Shown here: piece after piece, positions 8,549-16,948 of the stretch
Position numbering within the stretch: the first letter of the stretch is position 1
How the letters are laid out: each line of letters starts with the position of its first letter
DNA from: Candidatus Thorarchaeota archaeon
Lineage (GTDB): Archaea; Asgardarchaeota; Thorarchaeia; Thorarchaeales; Thorarchaeaceae
Length of the DNA: 32,168 nucleotides
Reading direction: 5' to 3'
Assembly (NCBI GenBank): GCA_038893995.1
Contig: JAWAQK010000025.1
Location: forward strand, 1 to 32,168
The notes under the pieces: model-generated
What the model saw: only the letters and a program-made list of their open reading frames with translations
Told to the model about the DNA's origin: nothing
Databases searched by the model: none
Made by a program: the position numbers and the translations under genes

Positions 8549-9736
8549 TCATGTAGGATGACCCTGTCTCCTGAGCAGTCTCGGTAGGAAAGCGTCTAGC
8601 CGGCTGATTGCCTCTTCTATGACCTCTGTCGAGACTGCGTAGCAGAGGCGTACGAATCCCTCGCCATAGCTACCAAAGCCTGAACCGTGTACGAGTACCA
8701 CTCCCGTCTGCTTGAGGATCTCTACTGCAAGGTCGTACGACTTCATACCGAACTCCCGGACATCGGGAAACACATAGAATGCTCCAGCAGGTGGGTCGAG
8801 ATACACTCCCTCGATTGAATTCAGGCCCCTTGTGATGATGTCCCTGCGCCTACGGAACGTGTCGATCATCATCTTGACGCTGTCCTGCGGTCCCTCAACT
8901 GCAGCCTCAGCTGCCTTCTGGGATATCGATGTCGGCATCGATAGAACGTGTTCCTGGAGTTTGACCATGGCTGCGATGACATCCCTCGGTCCGGTGCAGA
9001 ACCCTATCCTCCAGCCTGTCATGGAGTACGATTTCGAGAACGAGAACAGGGAGATGCAGCGTTCCTTCATGCCTGACAACGAGCCCATGTATGTCGGTCT
9101 CTCATCGTCGTACCTGAACTTCTCGTAGGCCTCATCGGCAAGGATGTAGAAGTCGTGCTCGATGGCCAACTCAGCAATCCTCTCCATCTCCTTCCGTTGC
9201 GTGACTCCTCCGGTGGGATTGTTGGGTGAGTTGATGACGAGCAGTCTGGTCTTGTCAGTGATGACTCTCTCAACGTCCTCGGCCATCATGGAGAACTTGT
9301 TCTCTCTCCTTAGTGGGACGGGGACAGGCCTTCCACCCGCTAGCAGGACGTGGGCATGATGACTCACAAAGCCTGGATCTGGGTAGATGACCTCGTCGCC
9401 GGGATTCACGAGGACCAGATTGGCCAGGACAAGCGAACCCATTCCACCTGCGGTCATCATGATCTCGGTCTCGGGGTCTGCGTCGATGGAGTTCTCCCTC
9501 TTCAGCTTCCGTGCCATCGCCTCTCTGACCTCTATGAGCCCAGCGTTATGCGTGTATTTCGTGATTCCGTCGTCGATCGCCTTCTTGGCCGCCTCCTTGA
9601 TGTAGGCTGGCGTGTCAAAGTCTGGCTGACCGACAGTCATGTTAAGCACGTCTCTGCGTCCCTGGACCATGTTGAACATCTTTCGGATCTCACTGGCTGG
9701 GACTTGTCTGGCTCGTTCTGACAGGATCATGGACAT
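8549..9736 (-). CDS. PLP-dependent aminotransferase class I/II (AspC/AspB-like)
   Basis: GQPDF, NSPNNPTG, ADEAY, SFSKSYSMTGWRIG, VRLCYA. Confidence 0.93.
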   Translation of the reverse strand: MSMILSERARQVPASEIRKMFNMVQGRRDVLNMTVGQPDFDTPAYIKEAAKKAIDDGITKYTHNAGLIEVREAMARKLKRENSIDADPETEIMMTAGGMGSLVLANLVLVNPGDEVIYPDPGFVSHHAHVLLAGGRPVPVPLRRENKFSMMAEDVERVITDKTRLLVINSPNNPTGGVTQRKEMERIAELAIEHDFYILADEAYEKFRYDDERPTYMGSLSGMKERCISLFSFSKSYSMTGWRIGFCTGPRDVIAAMVKLQEHVLSMPTSISQKAAEAAVEGPQDSVKMMIDTFRRRRDIITRGLNSIEGVYLDPPAGAFYVFPDVREFGMKSYDLAVEILKQTGVVLVHGSGFGSYGEGFVRLCYAVSTEVIEEAISRLDAFLPRLLRRQGHPT

Positions 9737-9760
9737 CAGGCCTGGGCATGTAGTCCCCCG

Positions 9761-9780
9761 CTTATATAGAATGTTAAAGT
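9761..9780 (-). promoter_or_regulatory. TATA-like box upstream of the aminotransferase
   Basis: Minus strand ACTTTAACATTCTATATAAG about 25-45 nt before the ATG, consistent with a leaderless or short-leader archaeal transcript. Confidence 0.45.
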
Positions 9781-9876
9781 GACCTCCAACTCAGGTCGGG
9801 AAGCTAAATCGATGCCTGCCCCCTGTCCGTGCAGATGTTTAATAGAGGTTTTAGTCTCAGTGATTCAGGTACTGCC

Positions 9877-10395
9877 ATGACCCAACCTACAGCTGAGGAA
9901 GTCAGAAAGAGGAACATGTTCACTCTCGCCAGTGCCCACGCTGTCTATGTGGAATGCATGAGAGAGAACTACGGCGAGCCGGGGCTAAGAGCGCTTGGTG
10001 AGGCGAACCGGCTTCACGGTCTGAGGCTCGGGCTGGAGGCTGTGGAACAGGGCGCTCTTCGCAGGGGTGACCTGAGGTCCATCTTTGAGTTCTTTCGGGC
10101 GGCCTATCCGTTCTTCGGGTTCGAACTGTCACTCGATACGGTCACCGACGACATAATTGAGATCAGGGTGACTCGTTGCCCGTGGATAGATGGGTTCAGG
10201 GCAAACCGTGCAGGTGCTGACATATGTCACTGGGTCTGCATGATCGACCACGGGATTGGACAGGCAGTAGACCCAACCCTTGAACTGAGTCTGCCTGTCT
10301 GCATGATGCGTGGCGATGAGTATTGCATCTACCGCTTTCGCAAGTCGACAACGAGTCCGACACATCACCGGCGCACTCAGATGCAAGGACGGTGA
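9877..10395 (+). CDS. V4R-like / L-2-amino-thiazoline-4-carboxylate hydrolase (ATC_hydrolase)-family protein
   Basis: IRVTRCPW, DICHWVCMID, CMMRGDEYCIYRF Cys pattern; ATG 9877 preferred over GTG 9829. Confidence 0.75.
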   Translation: MTQPTAEEVRKRNMFTLASAHAVYVECMRENYGEPGLRALGEANRLHGLRLGLEAVEQGALRRGDLRSIFEFFRAAYPFFGFELSLDTVTDDIIEIRVTRCPWIDGFRANRAGADICHWVCMIDHGIGQAVDPTLELSLPVCMMRGDEYCIYRFRKSTTSPTHHRRTQMQGR

Positions 10396-10560
10396 GACCA
10401 AAGTATCTCCGACACCGGGCAGAGGCATGAGTATCTTCGCTTGCGCTCGAGCTGGAGAGGCAGGTTCCGCCATCGGACAGTCGATCCATTGGTCCCGTCA
10501 ATGTCGATGTATTCGCGCAAATTACATCCATAAGCAACATCACCCCAGTGTCAGGCAGCC

Positions 10561-11643
10561 ATGGTCGATGCTCTCAGGGTCAGGGCCTATAACGTGGGCC
10601 TGGGAGACTGCATTCTTGTCACCATTCCCGCAGGTCGAGAACGGAGGCATATCCTGATCGACTTTGGTAGTACGCGAGGTAAGGACAAGCCCTACCTCAG
10701 TTCTGTCCTGAAGAACGTCCTTGAGGAAGTGTCTGGCGACCCACTCGCGGTGGTGCTCTCGCATGGCCACATGGACCACTTCAAGGGCCTTCACAACCAT
10801 CTTGCCGAGTTGGACCCCGTGACAAAGGTCTTTCTCACAACGCAGCACCTGAGGACTTCGGACACGATCAGAGCGGGAACCAGGGATGGTCCGATCCTCA
10901 AGGCATTGGATGGGGTCCTAAAAGACATCAAGTCCAGGCTGAGAGCAGAGGGCGCAGACGAGGAAACAAGGTCGTTGGCTGAGGAGAGGATCTTGACCGA
11001 CCAGATGCTCGACGAACTCTGCAGGGGACTGGGAGGTAGGGTCCGTTATCTATCGCGTGGTACAAGGGGGGTCCTCTCTCCGTTCCTGCGCGGAACAGGG
11101 GCAGACATCGGGGTGCTGGCCCCGGAGCAGGATGGCTCAGTATATGCAGAGAGAGTGTTTTCAAAGATCCTGCCAGCGAGAGAACGCACCGGGCTCCTCG
11201 GGAGCAAGCTGGCGAACGCAATCAGGGACAGGATGGGTGAGAGAGTGCCCATCAGAGATCTACTCATGGCGGAACGAGAGTATGACAACTCGACCAGCCT
11301 GGTGTTTGTACTCACATGGAGGGGTAAGCGACTGCTGTTCCCTGGTGACGCCGAGCTGCCAAGCTGGGAAACCATGTACAGGAATGGTCTCCTTGGACCT
11401 GTCGATCTGCTCAAGGTCGCCCACCATGCCAGCGTCAACGGTACACCTCTCGGGCTGCCCGAGTTATGGTCGTCGATGGTTGACCCGGACCGGAGACCCA
11501 AATTCCTCGTGTCCACGTACCCCCGAAAGGACTGGAACATACCCGACAGAAACCTCCTGAGGGCCCTAGGTGGATTCGGCCAGGTGGTGACCACGGAGGG
11601 CGTCGATGGCCATCCAGGCTTCGTAGACATCTCTCTGAGCTAG
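10561..11643 (+). CDS. Metallo-beta-lactamase-fold hydrolase (ComEC/Rec2-like MBL domain, soluble)
   Basis: YNVGLGDC, LIDFG, SHGHMDH, NSTSLV, FPGDAE, KVAHHAS. Confidence 0.85.
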   Translation: MVDALRVRAYNVGLGDCILVTIPAGRERRHILIDFGSTRGKDKPYLSSVLKNVLEEVSGDPLAVVLSHGHMDHFKGLHNHLAELDPVTKVFLTTQHLRTSDTIRAGTRDGPILKALDGVLKDIKSRLRAEGADEETRSLAEERILTDQMLDELCRGLGGRVRYLSRGTRGVLSPFLRGTGADIGVLAPEQDGSVYAERVFSKILPARERTGLLGSKLANAIRDRMGERVPIRDLLMAEREYDNSTSLVFVLTWRGKRLLFPGDAELPSWETMYRNGLLGPVDLLKVAHHASVNGTPLGLPELWSSMVDPDRRPKFLVSTYPRKDWNIPDRNLLRALGGFGQVVTTEGVDGHPGFVDISLS

Positions 11644-11758
11644 GCGCGGAGACTGAGTCAATCACCGACATAGAAGGAGTGGTCAATGCCAATAGACGTA
11701 GACTGGCAAGAGTGAGGCGGAAGGACCTTATCACTTCGGCAACATATGAGTCCTGAGT

Positions 11759-12889
11759 CTACAAGTACAGGGGATATCGGCCCCGCTTCTCAGCGTAATC
11801 GTACATCAGTACGATCTTCTCCGGTGCCGAGTCCGGCTGGATGTTGTGCGCTGGGGCCAGAATATACCCGCCGCCAGGGGCAAACGCTCTGAGCCTGGTA
11901 TCTATCTCACTCTTCAGGTCTTCGACGGTCCCCTCTGCAGACATCGCCCTCTGAAGATCGATCCCGCCGTGAAACACCAGTCTGTCTCCGTACTTGGCCT
12001 TAAGATGAGAGGAGTTCATCCCCTTGGCAAGTGGCTGCACCGGATTCAGTATGTTGACACCGATCTCGATCAGGTCGTTGATGAGAGGCTCAATTGCCCC
12101 GCAGCTGTGATAGAGCAGTTCCACGTGGGGCGCCCGCGAGTGTATGTCAGAGTATATCTTCTTGAGTCGGGGCTTTATCAAGTCTCGAAACATCTCAGGA
12201 CTCATGATGAGACCATTCTGATGACCCAGGTCGTCTCCGACCTGCACGACGTCGAGGTACTCGCCTACCCCATCGAGAAAGACCCTGTTCATGTCGAGTG
12301 CCAGTTTCATTGCCTTGTCCAGCATCGCCTCGGCAAGTGCTCTGTTCTCGACCAGGTCGTAGAGAAACCTCTCGAACCCTCTCATGAAGTGGGCACATAT
12401 CTCAAAGACTCCCCACGGACCTCCGACCATGCCAATGACGGCATACTCGTCATCATCGTGAAGTCTGCTGGCCCATTCCTCAACACCTTCCATCCTCGAG
12501 GGGTCCTCAGGGTCCAGCCATTCGTAGTCACGCACCTGGTCGACGTCTGTAAACTCCGCCCACGGATAGTGCACGACTTCCCAGTACGGGCCAATCCATT
12601 TCCCTCGGAAGCCCCACTCGGTGTCTGTGCTGCCATCGGGGTATGTCTTTGGCTGGAAGGAGGCTGACGGATTCATGTAGACCCTCCTGAAGTCGATATG
12701 GAGCCTCCGCAGCATCTCCTCCGATATCTTCCAGCTGCTCATTATGCCCCATTCCTGTGTCTCGGGTGCGTCAATTCCGAGGTATCTCTTCAGGTTCTGA
12801 TATGCGGCTGGGGTGATCCAGAGGTCCATTGGCACCCGGTCTGGTTCCTCATGGCTCACGCATCTGAGGAATCGCTCGCGCGGTTTCAC
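11759..12889 (-). CDS. Uroporphyrinogen decarboxylase (UroD/MtaA/CmuA) superfamily protein
   Basis: MKPRER...PDRVP, GDDLG, MSPEMF, YHSCG, LNPVQ, FHGGID, GGGYILAPAHNIQ. Confidence 0.88.
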   Translation of the reverse strand: MKPRERFLRCVSHEEPDRVPMDLWITPAAYQNLKRYLGIDAPETQEWGIMSSWKISEEMLRRLHIDFRRVYMNPSASFQPKTYPDGSTDTEWGFRGKWIGPYWEVVHYPWAEFTDVDQVRDYEWLDPEDPSRMEGVEEWASRLHDDDEYAVIGMVGGPWGVFEICAHFMRGFERFLYDLVENRALAEAMLDKAMKLALDMNRVFLDGVGEYLDVVQVGDDLGHQNGLIMSPEMFRDLIKPRLKKIYSDIHSRAPHVELLYHSCGAIEPLINDLIEIGVNILNPVQPLAKGMNSSHLKAKYGDRLVFHGGIDLQRAMSAEGTVEDLKSEIDTRLRAFAPGGGYILAPAHNIQPDSAPEKIVLMYDYAEKRGRYPLYL

Positions 12890-13261
12890 AGCAGGCTCCC
12901 TCTTGTCATCCGGAGTTTCGAAACAGGCATATCAACTGTCTTCCCCGTACTTAAGCCATCGCGTCTTGATATAGGAACTCGTGGCTGGAATCGGGAGGGG
13001 GGTCGAACTGATACCGATATTGGCCCGGGCTGCCTTGCATCGGACAGAACCTAGGGCATGGTCGCGTAATGCACAATGCAATATGGCGACTGACCTTATT
13101 GAGGGACAGGGGTGGACCGGTCGCTGCCAGCCTCATCTTGTGACCTCCGAGCTAGGCCGTGATCTCGATCCGTACGAACCCGTATGTCCTTCAGTCTGAT
13201 TCTCTCGTGACGGACCTTCATCCTCGTGGGGACTGATACTCGCCTGGATTAGGATCTCGCA

Positions 13262-13298
13262 AGAAAGAGGAGACTGTGTGCTCAGTACACACAGTCTC
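13262..13298 (-). terminator. Hairpin plus pyrimidine tract after the metalloprotease gene
   Basis: Perfect 11-bp inverted repeat GAGACTGTGTG (13270-13280) / CACACAGTCTC (13288-13298), followed on the minus strand by CTCTTTCT; 27 nt downstream of the stop. Confidence 0.6.
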
Positions 13299-13325
13299 TA
13301 TGTCTATTCTCCGCTTGACTTGCCG

Positions 13326-15005
13326 CTATAAGAATGGTGACTTTCGCAAGGACCAGTGGTATACACAATACCATGGAGCGTCAATGGCGTTACTATTCGA
13401 GGCGTCGGACATGCAGCACGACCGGTTGACACAGTACAACTCTGTGCCTTGGGCATCAGTCACGATTATGCCGGCGCGGTGACCACATTCGTGGAGCAGT
13501 GTCACCTTCGTCCATCTTCTGAAGATCTGACCAGTGGACTCCCCGGCCGCGCTGGTTATCAAGCCGTCAAAGATCGCAATTCCAGAGTCACCTGTACTGA
13601 GCTGGAAGTACAGACCTAGGGCGTTTGGTATCTCCAAACTCCTGTCAGCTATCAGGACCCACAAGTAGTTCGAATCTCCCTTGTGATCGGAGTACTGTAT
13701 CCAGTACGTTACGAGATCGTCGAAACTGGTGGGACTGTCGTAGGGCACGCCTTCGTCAATGTAGTAATCGTACCTACCATATCCATGGAGTCTGTAGTAC
13801 CATTTGACATAATCTGCTGTTGCCGCGATGTCAGAGAGAGCCATTATCGGAGTATTTTGAGCAGGGGGACTCTCCCACATGTAGTCGATCTCTAGCATGC
13901 AAGCTCTGTAGTTGAATGCGTTGTATGTCAGTTTCTTTCCGTAATACGGCGTTGCACTGTCCATTAGCTTCAATCTCACGTATACAGACTGCGCGAGGTT
14001 GTAGTCTCCGAAACCGATACTGTACGAAGCACCAGTGAGGACCGTCGTCCGGTACGTCCAGGCGTCAAGGGGAGACAATTTCGTGTAGATTTCGATCAGC
14101 GTTGCGCTACCGACCTCATTCTGAACGCATAGGTACAGTTGCGATACTGGCCCTCCGAGCACCTCGTAGTCCAGTATAGGATATGCACCATGAGGGAAGT
14201 ATTCCCAGAAATCTTGTATAGGTTCTGGGGGATACGGCCAACGACTGACGAATGGTTGGATATAGAGCAGTTTCCACTGGTGCTCCTTCCAACCGCAGTT
14301 GTATATCTCAAGCTCGATCCTGTGCTCCCCGGCAGCGACCCACCAGACTGAAACGTATCCGCTGAATCCGCTGCTTATCGTGGTACGGTAAACTACTTGT
14401 CCATCAAAATAGACCGTGAAGTATCTGGGGTATTCGTCCTGATCTCTCACGATGTTTATCCAGATGTCGAGAGTTGTGATGTAATTGGGATACGTGAACT
14501 TGAAGGCAAGGATCGAGTACGACGTCTGGGGGAACCAATGTCCGCTCTTGGCCGGACTCATGACTGGCTGGGGATATAGATGAGTCGGAGACATAGGGTA
14601 GTAGATCGTGCTTGGCGTTGCGGCGCTCGTCGTGTAGTCGCTGCCCGATTCGCGTGCAACGAGGTTCTGTTGAGGAGCCGAGTCCTCCAGAGTTGAGCAT
14701 GTCATGTTCCCGACCCATCCCTGATGGCAGGAACTTCCTGATGTGCTTGTGATCCCGCTCGGTGCTTTCGAAGCCGCAGTTTCCTGCTTCGCATCGATCT
14801 CGATCCAGTCACGAGACATGGCGTCAAGTATCTGTCTCTCTACTACTGAAGTGTAATCCGTATCCACCTCTCCGTGAGCTCCCTGCGCGTCTGTGACACC
14901 CTCGCCAGAAGTCACAGGAGTGAATGATGGATATAGAAACACTGAGCAGAGCACCACGAGTGCTATGGGTAGCACTATGCCTTTCTCTACTGTCTTTCGC
15001 CTCAA
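13326..15005 (-). CDS. Secreted or membrane-anchored zinc metalloprotease (HExxH, archaemetzincin-like C-terminus) with two beta-rich repeats
   Basis: N-terminal basic plus hydrophobic segment (RRKTVEKGIVLPIALVVLCSVFLY), Ser/Thr-rich linker, TLLHECGHRAG...C-x4-C-x-M...CxxH. TTG 15005 follows GGAGG; the track start is 15068. Confidence 0.7.
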   Translation of the reverse strand: MRRKTVEKGIVLPIALVVLCSVFLYPSFTPVTSGEGVTDAQGAHGEVDTDYTSVVERQILDAMSRDWIEIDAKQETAASKAPSGITSTSGSSCHQGWVGNMTCSTLEDSAPQQNLVARESGSDYTTSAATPSTIYYPMSPTHLYPQPVMSPAKSGHWFPQTSYSILAFKFTYPNYITTLDIWINIVRDQDEYPRYFTVYFDGQVVYRTTISSGFSGYVSVWWVAAGEHRIELEIYNCGWKEHQWKLLYIQPFVSRWPYPPEPIQDFWEYFPHGAYPILDYEVLGGPVSQLYLCVQNEVGSATLIEIYTKLSPLDAWTYRTTVLTGASYSIGFGDYNLAQSVYVRLKLMDSATPYYGKKLTYNAFNYRACMLEIDYMWESPPAQNTPIMALSDIAATADYVKWYYRLHGYGRYDYYIDEGVPYDSPTSFDDLVTYWIQYSDHKGDSNYLWVLIADRSLEIPNALGLYFQLSTGDSGIAIFDGLITSAAGESTGQIFRRWTKVTLLHECGHRAGIIVTDAQGTELYCVNRSCCMSDASNSNAIDAPWYCVYHWSLRKSPFL

Positions 15006-15833
15006 CCGACAACCCCTCCAACGGATTGTCACAGAGGTCTTGTCTTCAACGCTTAAGAATCTTGCCACTTCTCGCCCATTTGCCGCACGACTCCGGAGAG
15101 AGGGCAGTCAGAACCACGGAAGTCTCGTTGTCTGTTCCCCTATCCCTCGCCAATCGTAGGTGCGAGAGAGCCTACGACGAGTAACTGAGAGGAGACGATG
15201 AAACTGTTCTTCCCGCTGCAACAAGGTTCGCGATGCCGGGCTGCTATCTGCCATGTGCGCCGTCCGATGCTGTCCCCTGGTGGCCAGATTCCTCGCGAAC
15301 TGGACCTTAGACCCTCCCGCTGGGGATCTGGAGTTACTGACGGAGGGGGGCGTTCTGAGTCGGGTCAGTATATGCCGATCAAGATCCCCACTTGCTGTGC
15401 GTGACCAGTTGACTCCTGAGGTCGATGAAACACGGCTCAATCAATATCGACAGACGACATTGGTAAACATCTACAGTGGTTCACGAGTGTATTGCAGAGA
15501 GTAGCCCGCGATGAGTGAGGTACGTGATACTGCCTGTGGTATCGACCCGAGGGGCCACCTCACAGACGCGATATCTCCAGGCCGTTCATCGTTCCCCGCT
15601 CTTGCGTCCTGGGCACAGCATTCAGGATACATGTCTTCAGATTCTCGCAGGACGGCGGGGCAGCTCAGTTCTGCTCGCTCAGTGATCCCTCCTGGCTCAC
15701 ACGCCTCATGGTTCGTTCACACGACCTCATTGCGTACCCCCTCTTCTCGTCTAGTAACTTGACACGATACGGTATCTTGCCCCCTGTACTTGCTTCATCT
15801 AGTCCCTTGAAGATGTCCGAATGTCCCGATGGA

Positions 15834-16295
15834 CTACCGACGGGCTGCGTGACCGATGATACGTTCTTGGAGACGGAGGTTTGCTTCTGCGAGCTGCCAG
15901 TAGATACTATCCGGCTTGAAGGGCAACTCAAGAAAAGCATCGGCCCCAAGAGACAGGACGGTCTCTCTTGCGTTAGGATTCGCAGAGATGACAATCAACC
16001 ATGATGTCGTGTCAATCTGTCTGATCCTCCTCAGTGCTTCTTCACAACTCGAGTCGGGCACTGTAGAGTTGTCTAACATGACTATCTTCCGTTTCGAGAA
16101 ATCATGCCTGGTGAAGAAGTCATGGATGTCGTGGTACACCTCCGCAAGTTCACACGACCCACCTTGCTTCACCGCATGCCTGACCTGTCTGACGATACCG
16201 CTGTCCCCTGTGACCAGCACGACAGGTATGAATGCGCGCATATCGACCACTGTGCGTTCCCTCTCTTCACACTCTACACGTCGGACCATGAGCAT
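15834..16295 (-). CDS. Stand-alone atypical response-regulator receiver (CheY-like) protein
   Basis: VVLVTGD, IVMLDNSTVPD, LIVISAN, GADAFLELPF pattern; likely start ATG 16241. Confidence 0.65.
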   Translation of the reverse strand: MLMVRRVECEERERTVVDMRAFIPVVLVTGDSGIVRQVRHAVKQGGSCELAEVYHDIHDFFTRHDFSKRKIVMLDNSTVPDSSCEEALRRIRQIDTTSWLIVISANPNARETVLSLGADAFLELPFKPDSIYWQLAEANLRLQERIIGHAARR

Positions 16296-16948
16296 CTGTA
16301 CAATGGGGGAGCGTCAATACGAACCAGGGCCATACCCTCCGATCTAGTTCCAGATCCCGTTTGACCACTCTCCATGCTCATGTTTACAGATGCTCTGTCG
16401 AATGGAAGCTCAGGTCAACGGACCGAGTCCTGCGCTGAGATAACCTCTTGATAGATAACTCTTCGCAGCTTTCTAGAAATACGACACGCCCCCGACATAC
16501 ATTACTGCGCTCTCAAGCAACATCGGGAGTCGTAGTGGTCTGACAGTTCGATCCTGCGCCTCCAGCTGCATCCTCGATGATTCCCGCTGAGAATGAACCG
16601 GCCATCATAGCTCCTCTTCTCTGCTGGTCCACGCTCCCTCAGCCACCAGCTCTGCTCGTATGACAAGATCCAGCCAAGTCTGTCAGTGGGTAACGACCAG
16701 CAGATCGACCATAGTCCCCTGCGACTGGTTGATTCTCATCGATGACACACCATGGCCTGAGGACAGTTTCAGGTGCGTACGAACCACTCATTCAGTCATT
16801 GTGCACCGTGATACGTGCCGTCCACTGTCTTGAGGTCTCACATATTGGCCGCGGACATACCGTGACGAGCACCCAAGAGTGCTGCAAGGCTGTGCTTAAG
16901 TTGTTTCTTGTTGAGAGACTTCGCAGGCTCACACCTCAGGTGATCTGC

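Noticed and set aside
15070-15830. Possible genes or ncRNA in the long gap between the protease and the receiver gene (also 2255-3060, 3985-4430, 16300-16940)
   Set aside because: Only short motif-less ORFs were found, and no tRNA, riboswitch or repeat structure was recognisable by eye. An Infernal/Rfam scan would be needed.
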